Origin: a virus
Taxonomy: Duplodnaviria > Caudoviricetes
IMG/VR virus record: IMGVR_UViG_3300020036_004254
Length of the DNA: 64,000 nucleotides
Direction: 5' to 3' (one strand)
Shown here: positions 59,545 through 64,000 of the stretch, in pieces
Position numbering within the stretch: position 1 is the stretch's first letter
How the letters are laid out: each line of letters begins with the position of its first letter
Program-made: the position numbers and the translations under genes
The notes under the pieces: model-generated
Databases searched by the model: none
Told to the model about the DNA's origin: nothing
What the model saw: only the letters and a program-made list of their open reading frames with translations

Positions 59545-61899
59545 GTGATTAACTTTACAACCCTACGTTTCAAAAACTTTCTGTCGTCGGGGAATGTATT
59601 TACGGAAATCAAGTTCGATGAACACCCCACCAATCTTGTGGTGGGGAAGAACGGCGCAGGAAAATCCACTATGTTGGATGCCTTGTGTTTCGTTCTGTTT
59701 GGCAAGCCATTTCGCAACATCAATAAGCCACAGTTAGTGAACAGCGTCAACCAAAAGGCGTGTGTGGTTGAAATTGAGTTTGTGGTGGGTAAGCGGCAAT
59801 ACAAGATTGTGCGTGGGATTAAGCCCAATCTCTTTGAAATCTATCAAGATGGCGTTCTGATTGACCAAGATGCCGCGTCAAAGGATTACCAGAAGCACCT
59901 AGAAGAGAACATTCTAAAGTTGAATTTCAAGTCCTTTACCCAGATTGTGATTTTGGGTGTGGCTTCGTTTACGCCGTTCATGGAACTTTCGGCGGCTTCC
60001 CGCCGAGAAATCATTGAAGATATTCTGGATATTAGAATCTTCACGGTGATGAACAATCTCTTGAAAGAGAAGGTGTCGGACCTCAAGGATGCTTTGAATA
60101 CCCTTGAGGGTGACTTGAACATAAATATAGCCAAGACGAAGCTTCAAGACAACTACATCAAGTCCCTGCAAGCGGATAGGCAACAGCGCATTGATGAGTT
60201 GAATCAGAAGATTGCCGAGGCCGAACATGACATCAGAGAAAAAGACGTTCATATCAAATCTTTTGCGGAAGATAGAGACAGGTTATTGGATATTCTTGGT
60301 GATACTTCTGGTCTGCGATTGGAAATTCAGGAAATTCATGCGTCGATTCGAGACTTGGAGAAAGAGAAGAAGTCGCTAACATCCTTAGCGGAGCTTTCCA
60401 AGAATCATACCCTCTGTCCGGTGTGTGTAATTCATCCGGACTTGTTAGAAGTCAATGCCAAAATTCGGGATTTGAACAAGGAGTACAATGCAATTCCAAC
60501 CTTGACAGAGAAGTACATCAACTGTCCGGTGTGTTCTACTTTGCCAGCGATTTTGGACTTGGATGCAACAATTCGAGATTTGACGAGAAAAGAAACGTCT
60601 GCGAATCAGGCAATGGCTCTTCCAGAGGAATATACTGCTTGTAAAAGCTGTTCGGTTCTCCCTGAAATACTAGAGATTACCGCAACAATTCGGGACTTGG
60701 AGAAAGACAAGATAAACATCACGAAGACCTGTGGGTTTTATACGGACCATACCACGTGCCCGACCTGTCAACAAGACATCAGTGAAGAGTTGCGTCAAGA
60801 CCATGTTGCGGAGTCAAACAAAAAGATTGATGATATCACCACCACGATAGTTGAGCTTGTTGCTCGGCGTAAAACGTTGGGGGAAACGGCGCATACCGAA
60901 CATCAGGCGCGAGTCAAGCGTGAATATGATGAAACGGTCTTGGGGCTGACTGAGGCAGTTGTGGAACGAGAAAAGTTGGGTTCGGTATCACACCAACTAC
61001 ATGTCAATTCGGTTGAACAACATCGCGCCGATATCACGCAAATAATTCAGGTGTGTAATACGGAGCGTGACAAGATTGGTGAGAATCTCCACCGAATTCA
61101 TACAGAGGAAGTAACCCTACGTCACACCACTATTGATACGTCATTAGAAGACCTGACCACCAAACTTCAAGAGAAGAAAGTGGTGTCGGATAAGGTAGAG
61201 AAACAGGAGGGAGAGATTGCACTCTTGACTAACAAGATTTCCTCGCAGAATAGTGAAAAGCTTGGGCTTCAGCGGTTTATGGAAACTCTCGTCAAAGAGA
61301 AGTCTGAGTTGGAGAAAAAGGGAGGCAACATTGAAGAGGAGAAGGCCAAGCTTCGTACTATGGCATCTGAAGTGTTGACCATGACTTCAAAGAAGGCTGA
61401 ACTAAAGGAAGAGAAAGATTATCATGATGTGGCGGTGACCTTGTTGAAGGATGGTGGTGTTAAGACTCGTATCATCAAGCAATACCTTCCAGCCATCAAT
61501 CAGATGGTAAACAAGTATCTTCACGCTATGGATTTCTTTGTATCCTTTGAGTTGAACGAACAGTTCAGCGAGACTATCAAATCTCGCCACCGGGACGAGT
61601 TCAGTTACGAGAGCTTCAGTCAGGGTGAGAAACAGCGTATTGACTTGGCCTTGGTCTTCACATGGCGCACCATTGCAAAGATGAAGAATAGTACCAGCAC
61701 CAACCTTTTGATTTTGGACGAGGTGTTCGACAGCAGTTTGGATGCAGATGGAACGGATTACGTAGTAAATCTTCTGAAGGTCATTGGGGAACAGACCAAT
61801 GTATGGGTTATCTCACACAAGCCTGATATCATGGCGGATAAGTTTAGTAACGTACTACACTTCGTGAAAAAGAACAATTTCTCTGTTTTGGAGCGATAA
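59545..61899 (+). CDS. gp46: Recombination ATPase gp46 (Rad50/SbcC-like) with an expanded coiled coil
   Basis: 'KNFLS.GN', Walker A 'GKNGAGKST', CPTC hook, 'FS.GEK.RIDLA' and 'LDEVFD.SLD'; three extra CxxC repeats. Confidence 0.97.
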   Translation: MINFTTLRFKNFLSSGNVFTEIKFDEHPTNLVVGKNGAGKSTMLDALCFVLFGKPFRNINKPQLVNSVNQKACVVEIEFVVGKRQYKIVRGIKPNLFEIYQDGVLIDQDAASKDYQKHLEENILKLNFKSFTQIVILGVASFTPFMELSAASRREIIEDILDIRIFTVMNNLLKEKVSDLKDALNTLEGDLNINIAKTKLQDNYIKSLQADRQQRIDELNQKIAEAEHDIREKDVHIKSFAEDRDRLLDILGDTSGLRLEIQEIHASIRDLEKEKKSLTSLAELSKNHTLCPVCVIHPDLLEVNAKIRDLNKEYNAIPTLTEKYINCPVCSTLPAILDLDATIRDLTRKETSANQAMALPEEYTACKSCSVLPEILEITATIRDLEKDKINITKTCGFYTDHTTCPTCQQDISEELRQDHVAESNKKIDDITTTIVELVARRKTLGETAHTEHQARVKREYDETVLGLTEAVVEREKLGSVSHQLHVNSVEQHRADITQIIQVCNTERDKIGENLHRIHTEEVTLRHTTIDTSLEDLTTKLQEKKVVSDKVEKQEGEIALLTNKISSQNSEKLGLQRFMETLVKEKSELEKKGGNIEEEKAKLRTMASEVLTMTSKKAELKEEKDYHDVAVTLLKDGGVKTRIIKQYLPAINQMVNKYLHAMDFFVSFELNEQFSETIKSRHRDEFSYESFSQGEKQRIDLALVFTWRTIAKMKNSTSTNLLILDEVFDSSLDADGTDYVVNLLKVIGEQTNVWVISHKPDIMADKFSNVLHFVKKNNFSVLER

Positions 61900-61900
61900 T

Positions 61901-62494
61901 ATGTATAATCAACGTGAGGTGGGTGCTTACATTCCCCCACAGAAGTTCTCTGTAGAGGGGCTTGACTTCGACCGTCTCTCCCTAGTACCTTTCGATGATG
62001 AAAGACTGACCACCCCACCACCCGAGTTCGATTTTGAGCAAGATGGGGTCCACGCCGAAACATTGGCTAATGGGATGTTCAAAACCATGTTGAAGTTTGG
62101 TGGGGTGGGACTATCTGCGAACCAGATAGGTCTGCCGTATCGGGTATTTGTGTTTGGTGGTAAGGATGTCCAACTAAACATCTTTAACCCAAAAATCGTT
62201 GGGGTATCCAAGGAAACGGTGGTTATGGAGGAGGCGTGTTTGTCTCTCCCGGGGTTCTCCTTGAATCTAAAACGCCCAACAGAAGTCACTGCATCCTACC
62301 AGAATGTAAGTGGAGAAGTTGTCGTATCTAAGTTTGTGGGTCTTGGGGCAAGAATATTCCTTCATGAATATGACCATATGGAAGGCGTGTTGTTTACTCA
62401 GTGGGCATCATCGTTTAAAATGAAACGGGCGGTAAATAAGGTCAAAAAACGCATCAAGAAGTTTGAGAGAAACAAACTCAACAATGAGAGGTAA
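61901..62494 (+). CDS. def: Peptide deformylase
   Basis: Motifs 'GVGLSANQIG', 'EACLS' (EGCLS-like) and 'HEYDH'. Confidence 0.92.
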   Translation: MYNQREVGAYIPPQKFSVEGLDFDRLSLVPFDDERLTTPPPEFDFEQDGVHAETLANGMFKTMLKFGGVGLSANQIGLPYRVFVFGGKDVQLNIFNPKIVGVSKETVVMEEACLSLPGFSLNLKRPTEVTASYQNVSGEVVVSKFVGLGARIFLHEYDHMEGVLFTQWASSFKMKRAVNKVKKRIKKFERNKLNNER

Positions 62495-62498
62495 CTAC

Positions 62499-63155
62499 AT
62501 GGATGAAGAGGAACAGTACATGAGCGGTTCACGAAATAATATGTTTGTCGGGAAGACGTTAAGCCAAATTCATAAGCTGTACATTTCAGGGTCTATCAAA
62601 CAACCTGAGGAGTACATTGACATGTTTGAAGTCATTCGTAATGCGGGAGAAAACGACATCATTTATCTGCATATCAATTCAGAGGGTGGGAGTTTATTCA
62701 CCGCGATTCAGTTTCTTCGAGTGTTGGGTGAAACAAAGGCTATGGTTATCGCCTCTGTGGAAGGAATGTGTATGAGTGCCGCAACCATCCTCTTTATGGC
62801 GGCAAAGAACCACGAGATTACCAACCACTCTATGTTCATGTTTCATAACTACTCCAACAAGGTTGAGGGTAAGGGTGGAGAGTTACACGACCACATCACC
62901 TTTGCGAAAGAATGGGGAGAAAAGCTCTTGCGTGATGTATATTCCAATTTCCTCACCGAGACAGAAATTGTGAAGATTCTAGACGGTAAAGATTTGTACA
63001 TGACGAGTGAAGAGGTGGCACAACGTCTTGAGAAACGAAATGCAGAAATTCAAAAGCTTGTGGAGTCGAAGAATTTGGTTGTGGCGGAAGAACCGAAAAA
63101 GAAGCCTCGGAAGAAGAAAGTTCTCATTTCACATCGTGACGGAGTGGCCGCATGA
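62499..63155 (+). CDS. clpP: ClpP-like serine protease subunit
   Basis: 'LHINSEGG', 'G.C.SAA..LF.A' (catalytic Ser), 'MFH' and 'D.Y.T.EE'; GAGG RBS before ATG 62499. Confidence 0.8.
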   Translation: MDEEEQYMSGSRNNMFVGKTLSQIHKLYISGSIKQPEEYIDMFEVIRNAGENDIIYLHINSEGGSLFTAIQFLRVLGETKAMVIASVEGMCMSAATILFMAAKNHEITNHSMFMFHNYSNKVEGKGGELHDHITFAKEWGEKLLRDVYSNFLTETEIVKILDGKDLYMTSEEVAQRLEKRNAEIQKLVESKNLVVAEEPKKKPRKKKVLISHRDGVAA

Positions 63156-63445
63156 CAGAGTCTATTGCATACAAGTACAACGAGGGTGTGGCCTTGGCTG
63201 ATGTCAAGGCGTACATCGACAAGACATACTCGCAACATTATTCCCGGTCCAAGTTCCAAACCACGGAGTTTGTGATTGACCAAGGTCACGGGGATGGGTT
63301 TATGGTGGGGAACATCATCAAATATGCACAGCGATATGGAAAAAAGAATGGCTATAACAGAGCCGACATCATGAAGATTATTCACTACGCCATTATCCTG
63401 TTGCATGTTCACGACACTCGCCATTCAGAGGAGTTACCATTTTAA
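63152..63445 (+). CDS. Conserved phage protein (DUF3310-like)
   Basis: 'YKYNE......YID.TY..HY...Q..E.....G.G.GF..GNI.KY..RYGKK.G..R.D..K..HYA'. Confidence 0.75.
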   Translation: MTESIAYKYNEGVALADVKAYIDKTYSQHYSRSKFQTTEFVIDQGHGDGFMVGNIIKYAQRYGKKNGYNRADIMKIIHYAIILLHVHDTRHSEELPF

Positions 63446-64000
63446 TGAAAATCTCTGCAAGCACCATATCGTTTTTTAAGAATTTTTCGACTATCAATCA
63501 AAGCATTGTTATCAAGCCGGGAAATCAGTTGGCCACGATGGACATTGGACCATCAATCCGTGCGATGGTTACGGTTCCAGAAGAGTTTCCGCATCGTGTT
63601 GCGATATACGACCTTCAAAAGTTCCTTGGCATTTTGGCCATGATGGGGGACTGCGAGGTAGAGTTCAAAGAGAACAAAGCGGTCTTAAAGCAGGGGAAAC
63701 AGAAGGTCAACTTTATGTATTCCAATGCCAGCCTTATCAAAGAAGCGTCAACCAAACGCCCAAAGAGTAACGAGGTATTTACTGCCACCTTGACTGATAA
63801 GGACATTTTGTCTATCATCAAGTCTTCAGCGGTTCTGGCTTCTGATGTTCTATCGATTGTTGGTGAGAATGGGGTTGCCACATTGTACATTGGTACACCA
63901 AAATCTGATAACTACGGAAGTTCGGCAGATTCGTTTCAGTTAGATTTGGGTCCGTGTGAGAAGGAGTTTGACCTTCGAATCCCTATGGAAATCTTCAAAG
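63445..64000 (+). CDS. gp45: Sliding clamp gp45 (truncated by the window end; absent from the ORF track)
   Basis: Read by hand as 'MKISASTISFFKNFSTINQSIVIKPGN.L.T...V.EEFP...AIYDL.KFL', matching the gp45 N-terminus; TAATG coupling. Confidence 0.9.
   Translation, partial: MKISASTISFFKNFSTINQSIVIKPGNQLATMDIGPSIRAMVTVPEEFPHRVAIYDLQKFLGILAMMGDCEVEFKENKAVLKQGKQKVNFMYSNASLIKEASTKRPKSNEVFTATLTDKDILSIIKSSAVLASDVLSIVGENGVATLYIGTPKSDNYGSSADSFQLDLGPCEKEFDLRIPMEIFK

Noticed and set aside
60319-61110. Intein in gp46
   Set aside because: The insertion consists of coiled-coil repeats, with no intein N-terminal block, His-Asn end or LAGLIDADG motifs.
1-64000. Stop-codon reassignment
   Set aside because: Core genes are full length in the standard code, and TAA, TAG and TGA all terminate genes at the expected places.
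1-64000. tRNA or rRNA genes
   Set aside because: Intergenic gaps are short and none shows a cloverleaf with T-loop/D-loop consensus.

Overview
This window is a 64-kb segment of a large T4-like myophage genome with a gene set closer to cyanophage-type/environmental T4-likes than to enteric T4. It uses the standard genetic code and nearly all genes lie on the + strand. Gene order: baseplate (hub, gp5, gp25, gp6, gp7, gp8, DUF4815/VrlC-like), fibre/decoration genes, a ~8.5-kb late-promoter-driven glycosyltransferase/methyltransferase operon, neck/tail/packaging/head genes (gp13-gp23, with a GIY-YIG homing endonuclease between gp13 and gp14), a short antisense early cassette, then gp3, uvsY, uvsW, gp55, gp47, gp46, peptide deformylase, a ClpP-like gene and gp45. 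The best candidate for an undescribed system is phage-encoded mucin-type O-glycosylation of the virion. At least eight structural-region proteins, including core baseplate gp7, carry long (TPSV/TPSI)n mucin-like stalks. Embedded among them is an operon with two GT60/PF11397-like polypeptide-GlcNAc-transferase homologues, further glycosyltransferases and putative sugar methyltransferases. Other notable points are a gp46 (Rad50-like) protein with three extra CxxC motifs matched by three HxxH motifs on the return helix, a C-terminal CHAP domain on gp5, an apparently catalytically dead QueD homologue, and apparent purging of GATC, CCWGG and GCWGC sites. All family assignments come from recognising motifs by eye; no database searches were run.
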